This document shows positions 37,503 through 50,490 of a DNA stretch of 64,000 nucleotides, in pieces (the first letter of the stretch is position 1; each line of letters starts with the position of its first letter). The position numbers were made by a program, and so were the translations under genes. The notes beneath the pieces were generated by a model. That model was not told the origin of the DNA, ran no database searches, and worked only from the letters and a program-made list of their open reading frames with translations. Source of the DNA: Vicugna vicugna (Eukaryota); assembly GCA_013265495.1 (NCBI GenBank), contig MU058213.1:7394066-7458065 (forward strand). The letters are read 5' to 3'.

Positions 37503-37972
37503 TATAATGGCTTGAGCTGCATCCCCCCAAAAGATATGTCCCAGTCCTCACCCCAGCACCTGTGAACGTGACTTCATTTGGAAATTGGGTCCTTATAGCT
37601 GTAATCGCAATGAGACCATATTGGATTAGGGTGGGCCTTAAATCCAGTGACGACTGTCTTTATAAGAGAAAGGAGAGGGAGCTTTAGACACAGAGACACA
37701 GAAGACACATAGAGACGGTCACGTGAAGATGGAGGCAGAGACTGGAGTGATGTAGCTATGAACCAAGGGGTGCTAAGGACTGCCAGTGACTACCAGAAGC
37801 TAGGAGAGATGCTTCTAGACATTCTACCCTAGGACCTTCAGAGGGAGCGTGGCCCTGCGGACACCTTGATTTTGGACTTGTAGCATCCAGAACTTTGTGA
37901 GAATATATCTCTGTTGTTTTAAGCCATCCAGTTTGTGGTAATGCATCACAGCAGCCCCAGGAAATTAACACA
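37503..37972 (+). mobile_element. MaLR solo LTR, MLT1C-like, with 5-bp target-site duplication AAGGT
   Basis: ccccccaaaagatatgt...ggattagggtgggccttaaatcca...gtgaagatggaggcagagactggag...ggaaattaacaca; aaggt at 37498-37502 and 37973-37977. Confidence 0.9.
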
Positions 37973-38038
37973 AAGGTCCAGGAGATTTTATGATTTTGAG
38001 GTATCTTGACAATACTCTGGAATCTTTCAAAAACTGGA

Positions 38039-38503
38039 TGTGGCCGTTTCCCTGCTGCCCCTTCAAGCCCATTCTCCCATCTTCCATGGCAGGCACATTT
38101 CAGATGGGCAGACAGAGCTAGACAGAGTTAGAGACCGCATTTCCCCAAGTCCCTTAGGGCATGGTATGCCCACAAGACTAGATTCTCCCCAAGAAATGGG
38201 AGCCGAAGAGGGGTGTGTAACTTCCATGTCACTTAAAAGGAAGCTGGCTGTCCGGGATCTCCTCTCTCTCTCTCTCTCTCTTCCCATGGCCTGGGAATCG
38301 CATAAAGCCATGACTCAGTTCCAACCACGGGGGGAGGAGCATCTTTGGAGGCAGGACCCTGGCACTTGTGAGCTGGGCTCCCCTGGCAGCCTCCACTGGC
38401 TGAGACACCACAGGTGAAAGGACCAAATCTCTCCCACATACAGGCTGCTGAGTCTTGGGGCTCTTTGCTACAGCATTTTTTAGCCTTTACCCTAACAAAC
38501 ACA
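38039..38503 (+). mobile_element. Old MaLR solo LTR, MLT1I/J-like
   Basis: ccattctcccatcttcc...catttccccaagtccctt...ctctttgctacagc...agcctttaccctaacaaacaca. Confidence 0.6.
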
Positions 38504-38899
38504 GAGGGTTAGGGAGCAACTCTCGCTTCCAGTTCAGAACCAGCAAATGTCAGATCTGGAAGAGACTTAAGAAATTGTGCCTCTCTGGAAAAAAGTACTC
38601 AGAGACGCTAGGGATTCAGAGCAATGAGGTGATTGGTTCCAAGTCAGCCAATGAGGAACAACCAATGAGAAGCCAGTGCTGCTCCAGCCAGTGAGGAGCA
38701 GAGCGGAGAGCAGCACCCAGCCCTGCAAGCTCTGAGACCCAGAAGTGTTCACGTAGCCCCACCATCAGGCAAGGCACCTCAACAGGACCACCAGCATCAT
38801 TTAGAAGTGCCAGTTAAGTCGGACTGACTTTTTCAGCTATGAATCAGATCATGTCAGTCTCCCGCTCGCACTCCGTCCACAGCTCCCAAGGTCCTCCAC

Positions 38900-39360
38900 G
38901 ACCCAGCCCGTCTGGTTCTCCACCTTGGGTCCTCCTCTCTCTGCCTGGTCTGTCTGCCTCTTGTACACTGGCCTTCGCAGACTTTCTCTGAAGCTCTGCG
39001 CTCGTTCTGGCCTTGAGTCTTTTCTGCTTGTGACTCCCTCTGCCTGGTTTGATTTCCTTCCACTTGCCCCCAGCCCTCCCTCACATCCACTCCTCTCTCT
39101 CTGCTCAGAAGTCACTTCCTCCCGGATGCTCCCTGAGCAGTTCATCCAGAACTGGGTTCCCTGCCCCTTTCTCCGCTTTGCTTTCGTTTTCCTCACAGTG
39201 TTTCTCTTCTGCCATTCTATTAAATAGTCGTTGTGTGTCTTTCCAGCGACATCAGCGCTTGCAGGCAGGAACTGCATGTTCCTGATTTACCACTGTATAT
39301 TTTAGTGCTTAGAATGGTGCCTGGCACAAAGCAGAAGCTCAAGAAAACGTCACACAAGTG
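38900..39360 (+). mobile_element. L2 3' region
   Basis: ccctctgcctgg...gctcagaagtcacttcctc...accactgtat...gtgcttagaatggtgcctggcacaaagcagaagctcaa. Confidence 0.75.
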
Positions 39361-40399
39361 AAGATGGCTCCCCAAAGCCATGCGTCTAGTTTACTGATGG
39401 TGACCCCAAAGCTCAGTCCTCTGGAAATGTACAGAGAACCCCAGGGAAATATACATGGTGAGGCAAGTGCTAAATGAGATGGTTTAGAGGCCCAGAAGGA
39501 AAGGTTTGCACGGGTGAAGAGAAACAGGAAGACTCTAGACAAAGAGTGAGAGAGGGGAGAACACACACCGACCCCAGCACCCACAGCAGAGGTCATGCAA
39601 TCAATAGAAATGTTAAAATGGCCCTTTTAAACACTTCTGATAAAATCAATTTGGTCATTACTGGAGCTGAACAACGGGGCACGCAGGCCTCATCTGTTAG
39701 CAAGGTCTTTATGATCTTGTTAACGGATCCCCAACATAGAAGCTGCAAAGGTTATAACCCAACTTGTAAAGCTAATCTCATACAGGCTCTGGGATAATAA
39801 AGAACCTACAGAAAAATTCCCACTTAGCCATTTGCTGGAGCAGGAAGCAAGGGCCTGTGTGGCTTCTCATACGCGGTAATTCAGAAGAGTTTAACTCTCC
39901 CATTGCTGGGGATGGAGAAAGCTATTTTGGAAGCAATGATTTCAGTACTCAGGGTTCTTCGATATAACAGCTTAGAGGCGGGCTTTAGCCATCTCCCTTC
40001 TATTCAGAGTCATTTAGGAATAAAGGTCAGGATGCCACTGCCACTGAACTCTGTGGGAACCAAGAGGAAATAGCGCTTTGGCAAAACACACTTGGCCAAA
40101 CATTTTTATTTTTTAAAGATAGCTTTGTTTAATAATTGCATACCCCAGACTTTAAATCCTTGTATTATTATTATTGTTGTTGGTGGTGTTAGATATGTGA
40201 AATTTGGGGTCATTCTTCTTAAATTGAGTAGCAGTATCATCACATGGTCCAGGGCCCGTGAGTAGCACGGGAAGGGAGAATGACTTTGTGCTACACAGAG
40301 GGCTCAGAAAATGAAACAAAATAACAAGGACAAAAGCTTCCTGAGTGGCCTTGAAAAGACCACAAGGGGGAATGTGAGTGCACCAGGCGTTTAGTTGCT

Positions 40400-40602
40400 T
40401 TACTGAACATGAAATATGTCGGGGTGGGGGGACGTGATGCGATGTCTGAGACCGGCTTTAAAATGCTTCAGCAAAGAAGAAAGGGCCAGACAAAGCGAGC
40501 GTGGCAAAACCTGAAGTCTTCCATCTGGGGGATGGGTATACAGGAGTTCACCGCACCATTGCCTCTCTGTGTATGTGTGTTTGAAGTTTTCATAATAAAA
40601 AG
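40400..40602 (+). mobile_element. Old L1M 3' end
   Basis: gatgtctgagaccggctttaaaatgcttcagc...gatgggtatacaggagttca...tgtttgaagttttcataataaaa. Confidence 0.7.
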
Positions 40603-43600
40603 AGTCCTTATTGGCTGCAGAATTTTAAAAAGCGGCTCAGTCTCCCTCGGGGAGAGTGTGTGAGTGACTCCGTCCCTGCTCGTAGTCACGCAGCAGCCGT
40701 GGTTCCTCAACAGCCGAATACACTGCTGCTCACTAGAGTGGCTTTGACTGCTTTGGAGAGCAGATGCCTTGAGAATATTTACTTATCTGTTGAGTCATGC
40801 ATTTTATTTTCTTTATGAAAAGGAGTATTTCATGGCTTTTATTCCTCCCCTCTAATTCTGGTTTTCAGTGAGGTCTTAGTCTTGCCAATCGCGATTCTGC
40901 CAACCACGATACACTGTGGGGACATAACCTCATGGGCTGAGGACGGGGTACTGGAATGTGTTAAGGCTGCGGGAAGCACACAGCAAAACATAAATCAGAA
41001 GACCTGACTTTGAATCCCACCTGCCCCTCCCCGGCCCTCCGCCATCATTTCACTCAAGTTTTGAATCTTTCGCTCAGGTCCTTTTGTTCTCAGCAGCAGC
41101 CCATGTTTTGTTGGCTGGATGAGAAGTCCCATTGGTGGCACATAATAGCGGCCACTCTTAAAAGCTGGCTACACAGAAATCTACACAGAAACCTAAACAG
41201 AATCAGAAGTCTCTCAGTTAATGATCCCAAACAAAAGCCTGAGAAATCCTGGCTACTCTCTTAAGTGGTTATTTTAAGGCAAATGGCTGTCTCGGATTTG
41301 CAGTTCAGTCCCTCTGCAGGTGACTTCAATTCATCATTCAGACTAGCAATCTGATCCTCGTTTAAACAAGATGTAGCAATCGCCATGAGGTGGGTTTTTT
41401 TTTTTTGAGTCCGACATTTTTTTAAACTCATTTGAAGGTTACTCAAGGTCCACTTTAAGTTCACCATCATAACAAGGTGTCTGCGCTTGTACAGTGGCCA
41501 GCGTGTTTTCAGCCCACCTTCTGATCCCCTCACCTCCCTCTGTGAAGGAAGCAGCGAGGGTGTTGTTAAACCCTTTTTCAGTGAGGAAACAGTGTCGGAA
41601 AGGTGGAGGGGCATGCTCCAGGTTACCCTGTTTGGCAGAGCTGGAGCCAGAGCTCAGCCATGTGAGGTTTTCAGTGGTCGCCGCAGGCATCTCCTCTGCT
41701 GGCTGAAGACTTTAAGGGCTCCCTCCCAGGGCCACACCAAAAGTCAAAGGCATCCAGCAAACGGCGTCTGAGACACACATCTGAATCCTGGCTCCAAGGG
41801 CTCCCTGTGGTTAGCGCCTCCACCAGGGCTAACTTTTACAGCAGGAGGCTCTCCTAGCTTTACATTCTGGTTGTCCCTTCTTATTTTGTGCAGTCCGGAC
41901 TTGATAAACTGGAGTTTACATGGTTTACTGCTGCACAAGTTAAGTGTCCCCTGTTTTGCTCCTTGTATCTGTGAATAAGACCGAGGGGCCTGGCCCAGGC
42001 CTCTGGGACACGCCTCACTGCCAGCGGGGGGGACAATGGACTCCTGTGATATCGTATCACGCACATGCACGTGGCTCCACTACCACACACAGCCGTGGTT
42101 CCACCCTGTGCCCTTTCACCCGCGCACCATTAAAGCAGCGCTCTCAAGGCCTTTGTGTATTTGGAAATCAACCCACAGCCAGCAAGCGAGCTTTAGTTAC
42201 CTCCAATTTCAGAACTGCCACTAATTGGGTCCCAGAACCACAGGGAAGTGTGAAACTATTTGAACATTTCAATAAATAGACAACACAGGGACAAAGTGAT
42301 CTTTCAGCTCAAAGCAGAATTTGCTCAAGTGTGAAACCTCAGGCGTGCCATCTCCACGACCTGGTGGGCTGTATGGCTGTCCTCTCCCTGCCCACATAGT
42401 CAGGAACGACGCTAGGTGATGGGGCTACAGCAAGGGAGCAACGGTCCCTGTTCTCACGGTGCTGAGGGGCAGAAGCCTCCAGTGTAAGAGTGTCAGCCAG
42501 AACCTCAACGGGTGACACACATTCCATTCTGGCCATTTCACATCAGCCCATCACCTTCCTAGAGGTCACCGCTTCACCCTAGGGAAGTCCAGACACCGCT
42601 ATTCACATTCATGAGCTTCAAGAGCAAAAGTGTTGGGGGCGGGGTGCGGCACTGAAAAAACACAGGCTATGTTAATTTAGCCCAACCCTTAGCTCATTCC
42701 CTTTGCACTGGTTGGTCACTGGAGCGCCTGTTGACTTCAGATACCGATGTCCATCAAGACATGTACGTGACAGGGGCTTCTTCCTGTTTACATATGTCCC
42801 CCTACAAACATCTTGATTTTTTATTTGCATTTTAAGATTCTTATACATGATCTAAATATTCCGAATAACATCTACAGCTGCTGTGCGATGAGGAGAACTG
42901 ATCCTGTTACTCTTTATTTACACAAATAAAGCCAGCGCCTCGATTTCCAAGGTAACAGGACAAATAAAACAAGCCACCCCCCTGTTGCCAATATGGGGAT
43001 ATTAATAGGATGTCACATGGCTTTGAACTTAGACATCGGGAACCTCTCTGCCAACTCAACGTCCTCTTGATTTTAATATATATTTTTCCCCCACAGTCAT
43101 CTCTGATGTCACTTACTGAAGGGTGCTTTAAATACAGCAAGAAAAAGTACCCAGATGAAGTAAGTAAACTTTCAGGATTTTTGTTTCTGCAAACGAAGGC
43201 AAAGTGACTCATCACAGTGAATGTGAATCGGTCAGGAGCATCCATGGCAGAATGAATCAGCCTCAGACAGCAAGCCTGGCACCGGGTACCAAGTCGCCTT
43301 TATGACCACCATGCCTCAGACAGACCACCAAGCTGCAGAGGACTCCGGCATCACTCCTACGCTGACAGAAGTCTGCTTCTTATTATCTGTAACACTGAAA
43401 CGCTGAGCTTTCCCGTAAGTCATCATGTTATACAGTCTTAACAATGACCGTAAAATACGGCCACAAGTGGCGCTGTCAACTTTTCTACCTTTTCCTCACG
43501 GTGACTTTCAGAGTCCAGAGCCTCCTCCAGCTAAGGAGCCATCCTATCAGCTCGCTAATGGGGACAATTCATTTAACCTGCACTGGAAGTACAGCCAAGG

Positions 43601-44626
43601 AGGGGAGGGCCGTGTACTGGGTCCAGGGGGAGTCAGCCCTCCCAGCCGGCCCCTCCCGCCATTTGATTCATTGACGAGGAGTTCCACTTTCTTCCCACTT
43701 AAGCTGAAAAGCACATTCCAGAAAAATTAAGTTAAACTATTAGCCAAACCCCCTCAAGCTGCTGGCTGGGATTATATAACAAACCCCTAACTCCAGAAGC
43801 GAAGGACTAGGAAGGCCCCTGTTTCTCTGCTTTCTCGTCATTTGAACCCCCCTTTCACCCTCCCCTCCCCTCCTCTCAGCCCACCGCAAGGCCACACGTG
43901 TCTCGGACAGCACGGAGCACGGGTTTCTGATCCGTTTTCATTCCGTGGGGTGCGTGTGCTTCCACTGCAGGGCATCCTGGCTTCACAAAACCCTCGCTCC
44001 CCAGGACCCTCGCCACCGCCTCTGACCCACTCACCAGACAACATCTGCAGAGCCAAGATTCTCAGAACAGCAGTTGCAATCATTAACGTATTAAACTGTG
44101 GTTCCAAAATGACTAAACGCATTCTTTCTGCCGCAGAAGAAAAGTGCTGAGGTGAGGCAAGCACAAAGGTAAAAGACCCGCTTTTCCTAAAATGGAGACT
44201 GCTCGGGGGCACCTCGAAAGACACAGTTGGGACTCTTCTGATCACTTCTCAAATCAACTTAATGAGCGTGAGCTGGTCCTCTCGTCAAACCGATGTAACA
44301 GACAAACACTACCTGCATTTAGGGTGGGCAGCTGGAACACGGAAACCGGCTCCCCAGAGTCCACAGAGGGGTTCAGGGGAGCAAAAATGCAGCTCTGACT
44401 TCTGAAAGAGGCCTTATGTTCTGCCCTCACTTCTGACTGGTTGGCACAAGAAATAGGGGGAGAGGTTTTTTTTCAGCCAGAATGAACTAAAAACACCTCC
44501 AGTAGGTATGGGTTGCTTTTTTGTAAGATTTTGAGTAACTTCCGTATTACACATGTTACCTCTATTTATGAGTTCCTGAAAAGATAGCTAAGTGCCAGGC
44601 CAGCTGGAACAGTTTCAGCATGGAAA

Positions 44627-45099
44627 TGTAACTGAGCAGGACCCTGTGGGGCCCTCCAGGGTCAGACCCCTCCCCCATGTCCTCTGCTGTAGCTCCCCTC
44701 TGAAGTACCCAGATCATAGTACCTCATGTATATTTCCTGAGTCTCTCAGATGCTTCAAACCACCACCAAAGGGAAGAAATGAACTACTTGATGATTGAGA
44801 GTTCATGGCCCCAGACCTTCTGGCGCCTAGGGGTTTAGAGTGTTGACCTCCCTGTTAACCTTACCGTTAACCAATCAGAGAACAGTGCACGAGCTGATCA
44901 CGTATCCTGTGACCCCCTCTCCCTTACCTGGACTTTAAACACGCTTTGCTGAAACCATTTGGGGAGTTTGGGGTTTTCTTAGTGTGAGTCACCCTGTTCT
45001 CCTTGTTCGGCCCTGCCATAAGCCTTTCTCTGCTCCAAACTTATTTTTCACTTTGTTTGGTCTCATGGCGCAGCGGGCCACAAATTTGCCTTCGTAACA
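44627..45099 (+). mobile_element. ERV1-class solo LTR (cetartiodactyl type)
   Basis: TGTAAC...GTAACA termini, about 470 bp; CCAAT at 44871, TTTAAA at 44934, degenerate poly-A signal near 45017; near-match 4-bp flanks gaaa / taaa. Confidence 0.75.
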
Positions 45100-46189
45100 T
45101 AAAGAGCTACCTAAACTCCCAACAGATTGTTTTTTTCAAAAACCACAAGCCTAAGTTAGATGCTATATGTCCACACAGTGGCCCAGGTGAGGCCTCCCCA
45201 GACCCCAATGTTGCAAATACAGCCCAACTCCCAACTCTGACCTTTCTAAGGATCTTTTTACAAAATGGGTGTTAGATGCAAACCAAGAGTCACCTCGCCA
45301 GCTGTTCTCACCGCCTCCACCTACAGAGTTGTCCACAGTTGCCATTTCCTTCCAGAAAAGTTGAGTGACTCGGTCTCACTTTCTGTTCCCAAACAACGCT
45401 GGAAACTTTAGAGCCACTCTCACGGTGCAGAATTTCTGCCTGCTCTGGATAAAAAAGGCCTGCGCTTGTGTCAACGACCTCAGACCTGCTACTCAGTCCA
45501 CTCTGTGGTCTACGGTGACCCTGAAGAGACATACATTTCTCATTGTTACACTTAACTCAGATTTCATACGTTATTTTTGTTATTGCAAAACCCAGTGCTT
45601 TATAATAAATGTATAGGGTGCCCAGGGGGATATGCATTCATATTTTACGGCTTCTCCTTCACGGTTCCTCCAGGAGAGAAACGCGGAGTTACACCGCTCA
45701 GCCAGCAGCGCTCACCCGGGAAGCTCCTGTCTGCGCGGACAAACGGGGGGCTCCCGGGGACGCCACGCACGTGCAGAATACGAAAGCCGCCAAAGCAAAA
45801 ACAGCGCCACCCGGCTCTTCAGGTGGGATCACCCGCATAAGCTGCAAAAATGCTTCCGTGCTTGTAGTCCTGAAATGATTATGTAGTTTATTGTGGAAAC
45901 CGGTACAAAGTACCAATTTCGAGTGACTTTTTTTCCCCATATGCGATGCAGCAGCCACCGTCAGATACCAAGGAGGGGAGACTGTCATGGGAGCAGTTGT
46001 CCCGCATGTGAGCAATAATTTAAAAACAATAAAAGCTGGTTTGCTTTTGATTATCACCATAGGCTGACAATTCTAAGGAACGCCAGTGATAAATTATTCC
46101 TTCCTCGGGGCCAGCAACTCCTGCTACCTGCCCCCTACCTGTTTGATAGCCACTGTGAAAGCCTTCTAGGGTCTTTCTTAAGAGACATC

Positions 46190-47030
46190 ATCATTTTAAA
46201 AGTAAAAGTAACAGATATATACTCTAGAACATCTAGACGTATTTCGAAAAGTTTTTAGGAGGGAAATTAAAATCCCATTAACTCACCACTAATTGATAAA
46301 TCACAAGTCTTTATGCCATCTCCTTTTTTTGTTATGAAAAATAATTCCACTATAAATATCCTTGTTACATATAACTATATTAACCTTTGGGATTTTTTTA
46401 AAAGTATATTCTTGAAAGTTTAGCTTTTAAAAACAATTGAATATGTAATTAAAGTATCCTGTAGAAAGTGTTTATCCATTTATAAGTCCCAGAGTAGTGT
46501 GCATGGAACATACACAGGAAAAATCAATCTTGATCCTTAGTTGGCTAAAAAGGTATCTTCTTTTAATTGACATTTCTTTTTTGACTTATGAGATTGTTTT
46601 GTCTGAGTTTGTTCATTTTTGTATTTCCTCTTTTGTTAATTGCCTGTTCATAATCTCTGCTCATTTTTGTATTGTGGTTTTAGTCTTTTACTTATCTGTT
46701 GATAATAATCCTGCAAATTAATCATATGTTGCTTATTTTCTTTCTAAATTTGGTTTGGGTTTTTTTTTAACATGTGCAAATTAAAAATTTTTTATTCTAT
46801 TTAAGGGGTTAGAATCAAATCTTATCATCTTTTATTTATGGTTTCTGCCTTTGCTCATGTGCCTATGAAGACTTTGTCTATTCCCAAAATATATTCACCT
46901 ATATTTAAAAAATTAATTTATCATTTTATTCTTCATATTTAATTTTAAAATTCAAATGGAATTTATCTAGATACACTTTTCTCTTTTCTTTTTTTTTAGC
47001 TTGGCTTGTATATCAGTTATTCCACTCCGC
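46190..47030 (-). mobile_element. Old L1ME-like fragment (AT-rich)
   Basis: gtatttcctcttttgttaattgcctgttcataatctctgctcattttt; tttatggtttctgcctttg. Confidence 0.7.
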
Positions 47031-47124
47031 TTCTTGAGACTTGAATCTAAACAATATACCAACTGTCTTACGTCTTTTTCTGTTTTCCTCCCAAGTGAGG
47101 TATGTCACTGTGTCTATCATGTCA

Positions 47125-47385
47125 GGGAAAAAATCAGGACTATCAAAAGACTTGGAGCCAACGTCTAGCCCAGAAGCTTTAGGTATAGAATTTGAGTCAG
47201 TTCACTCCTTCTTTAGAAAAGGAGGCCAGCATTAAGATCTGAAGCGTTCAAATCTTGTTTTTACCAAGTAAACCTGGTAAGCCTGCTTCCTGATTTCTAC
47301 ATAAAATGCAGATTATGGGGTGAAGCACAGAACTGTAGCACCAATGCCTAACACTTTGAATGGCAGATCGTACACAGTTTCACTT
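47125..47385 (+). mobile_element. Degenerate MIR
   Basis: gttcaaatcttg...cacagaactgtagcaccaatgcctaacac. Confidence 0.5.
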
Positions 47386-48181
47386 TTATCTTCAGTATTT
47401 TTAGTAATTGCCACCATGAAAATTACTGGTGACATTTTAATACTTACCAAGAGTTTTCCAAATAGAGCTGATTCTATAAATAAGGCCCCGTGTGTTTTTA
47501 CCAAAGTTTGTGTATTATCAGAATTATATTCCAGAAGCTAAGAGCGCTCCATTCACTGATTTCTTACAAAGTACAGGCACAGAACATGGAGTGACACTCC
47601 CGATGCTATTCCATTCGCTGATCTGCTTTTCTGTCCAGGAGGGAAGCCAGGGAGGTCAAAGACACAGGAAGGACCTTGCGGAGAGGGCTGCTCCCCTCCT
47701 CACTAGATATGGGAGAAATGTGGGGGGGGCGGGTGGGCAGGGGAACACACATTTTATAAAAAAAAAAAAAAAACTAGAGTGTGGGAAAATCACGTGCATC
47801 CTGGTCATCAAATGCGATTTGAGTAACAATTTCCCATTCTATTCAAAAGTGTCTAAGATACAACAACTCTTCCTTCTTACTCCCTTTCGCCCAGATAGTT
47901 GCCGGCAAAGAGGTAACGCAGAACACGAAGCGCACCCCGCAAGGCAAAGTAAAGCCTGCGGTCAGAGAAGGGGAGGGGGTCGGCTGACCTGGATCCTGTC
48001 TCACCGCAGCCCTGACACCTGACATCTTGAGCTTTGCAGAAATTGGAGGAAGCAAAGCCAACGTGATGATGCTTAAGGGATTTTTTTCATTCCACTCACA
48101 GGGAACAAAAATCCAAGGGATAATTTCAACTCACTCCTTAAGGACGTGGGAAATGAGTATAATCTAGTCATCCTCTACTTC

Positions 48182-48204
48182 GTGTGTGTGTGTGTGTGTG
48201 TGTG
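48182..48204. repeat. (GT)n microsatellite
   Basis: About 11 perfect GT units followed by GCGC. Confidence 0.95.
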
Positions 48205-48389
48205 CGCGGGGGAAGGACAGCCCAGTAGACAAAACAAGGAAAAAAGTCAAGAATCTTTTCACTGATGTTTTTCACCAGCAATAAACATTTTCTTAATGTG
48301 ATGCTGTATCCGAGGCATCAAGAAAATTACTTAATGAAGAAAGGCACCTGGTTTCTCAGCCTTTACAGCTCCCCAAGTGTTTCACTTCT

Positions 48390-48950
48390 TAAAGATCTCT
48401 GAGCTTTTCAGCCTCCTGTTTCCTTTGCCAGAAACACAATTCCTTTCCTCTTTCCTGGGCTAATTCCCAAGAAACCTTCAAGACTCAACTTTCTCATCAC
48501 ACTCAGGCTATGCGGTTGTCTCTCCCCGGCGTCCCCTTATTCCGGCCTCTGGTCAGCTGTGCAGCTTGGTCACAGCTCACAGGCACTGGTTAAAGGATGG
48601 GCGGGGACACACTTCCTGCAGGAATCTATGAGCCCAGGTTCGGGTCTGCATCCACCTCTAGGAAGGGGTGCTTTTTTGAAATTCCCCCGCAGTTGCTGTC
48701 TCTTCTCTGTGCTTACCACTTCCGTGGCTCTCATGCCACGTTCTCTCTGTTTACCTGTCTGTCTAAACACACCCCTCACGCACACTCTGTCACTCACCTT
48801 CCCTCCCAGAGACAGAAAACATCCCTCCTTCCAGTGAAGTACAGGCACACTGTCTTTTATTTCTGGATCCTAAGCTCCTGCCATTGTGCCTGGCACCTGG
48901 TCGCTCCTTAGGAAATCTCTCTTGGATATTTGCTGAGTGAACCAACAGTG
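48390..48950 (+). mobile_element. L2 fragments
   Basis: ccttcaagactcaact...; gtgcctggcacctggtcgctc...atatttgctgagtgaa. Confidence 0.55.
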
Positions 48951-49764
48951 AATGCCTTCTGTCAGTTACACCGCAATAAAAAAGAAAAGGGGAAAAAGGT
49001 GAATGCCTTCAAGAAACGTGCAGCTCTTTGTGAGTCCCTTATCTGCCTATAAGCACCGTAACACATAATATAATGATGCTTCGTATGTTAAGTTTCTGAA
49101 GAGGGGCTTGAACAAGAATCATTGAGGAGCAGAGAGGTCTGAAGAAGTCAGAAGTTTCATGGAGGAAGAGAGCTGGTATCACTATGAATTAGAGATACAG
49201 TTTCTTTAAATTTAGGGTAAAGTGGGCACCGTATTTAGAAATCACCCACGCACTGCCTCTCCTCTGCCCTTATAACTGTGAGAATTCATTCATCCACGCA
49301 CCCAGCAGCATTTTTCTGTTTCTCACTACACGTGAAACCCTGGCAGTGCCCGGACCCTGCTCTGCAGCATGTGCTATAGGGCGTGCCTGACCCTGGCTGC
49401 ACTGGCTCTGATTTTTCCTACTCTTGTCCTCTGTACCCATTTTTGTATGAAAGAAAGATGGGGCCCGCCTCCACTGAGGTCTGGTGGGAAGACTGAGGAG
49501 GCAGGGTTTGGGAAAGGGCCGTGGGTACCACATGGACTGCTCCCTCCGCCTTGGATCCTCACAGACCCCAGGATGCCTAAGACAGCAGCACCTTCTCATG
49601 AAGCTGACACTTCTGCAATTTCCTGAGTCCCTCCCAAGGAGCAATTTTCTGACCAATTAATAGGCAGGACCACCTTCCCCTCTTCTCCCCTCCCCTCAAA
49701 GACTGTTTTCCTAGGCTGGCGGAGGATAAGGACCAGGGCTTTGTGAAGAGGTAATTTAGGATCA

Positions 49765-49930
49765 CAGATGAGAGCGCAGGCAGACGACAGAGGCTGAGGT
49801 TGGGCTCAGCCCTTACCAGCTGCGATACAGTGGGCAAGTCACTTACTCCCAAAGCCTCACATTTTTCATCTGTAAAACTGCATTATGGATTCAACGATCC
49901 CATGTGTGCAAACCACTTAGCAATGATCAC
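49765..49930 (+). mobile_element. MIR SINE
   Basis: cttaccagctgcga...gggcaagtcacttactcccaaagcctcacatttttcatctgtaaaa. Confidence 0.8.
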
Positions 49931-50456
49931 TGACCATGTGAAATGAATTCCTTTAGGGGGCATCTGTATAATCTTAAGAAATGACCTCATTTATAAGATA
50001 ACGTTAATACTACCTGCCTTGGAACATTTTTATAAGGATTAGCTAAAACAGTGCCCATGCAAGTGCGTATATAGTAAGCCCTAAAAAAATATGAGTTTGC
50101 TAAGATGATCAGAATGAGATTTTTCTATGGGGCTAAGTTTAAAATTCTTAACTCAGTTTGGGAGGAAACCCTCACCTCCCACGGCAAACTTGTTTGGAAG
50201 GGGCCTTTTCTCTCTTGCCGTCTTCATTCACAGTATCTGTGGCAGTGCTGCGGAATATTCCAATACGTCCTCTTGACCTCTATCCATAAACAGCCTTTCT
50301 CACAATGAGATGTTCTGAGTTTAGGAGCCCTGCTATTTTCAACAAAGAATTAATTGCAAAGTAATTAAGTTTAGAGCAGGGGACTAGATGAACCCTGTCT
50401 ATCATAAAGGAACAGTGTGGATGGCGACATAATGAAGCAAGGAGACGATGGTTTAG

Positions 50457-50459
<3 letters not shown>

Positions 50460-50487
<28 letters not shown>
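50460..50487. repeat. (CA)14 microsatellite
   Basis: Perfect CA run. Confidence 0.95.

Positions 50488-50490
<3 letters not shown>

Noticed and set aside
44029..44062. 10-nt sense microexon-like pattern (ctgcAG|ATGTTGTCTG|GTGAGT)
   Set aside because: Weak polypyrimidine tract and frameshifting length; such look-alikes are expected by chance in 64 kb
47492..48022. 176-aa ORF
   Set aside because: Non-ATG start, runs through G and A homopolymers, no homology recognised
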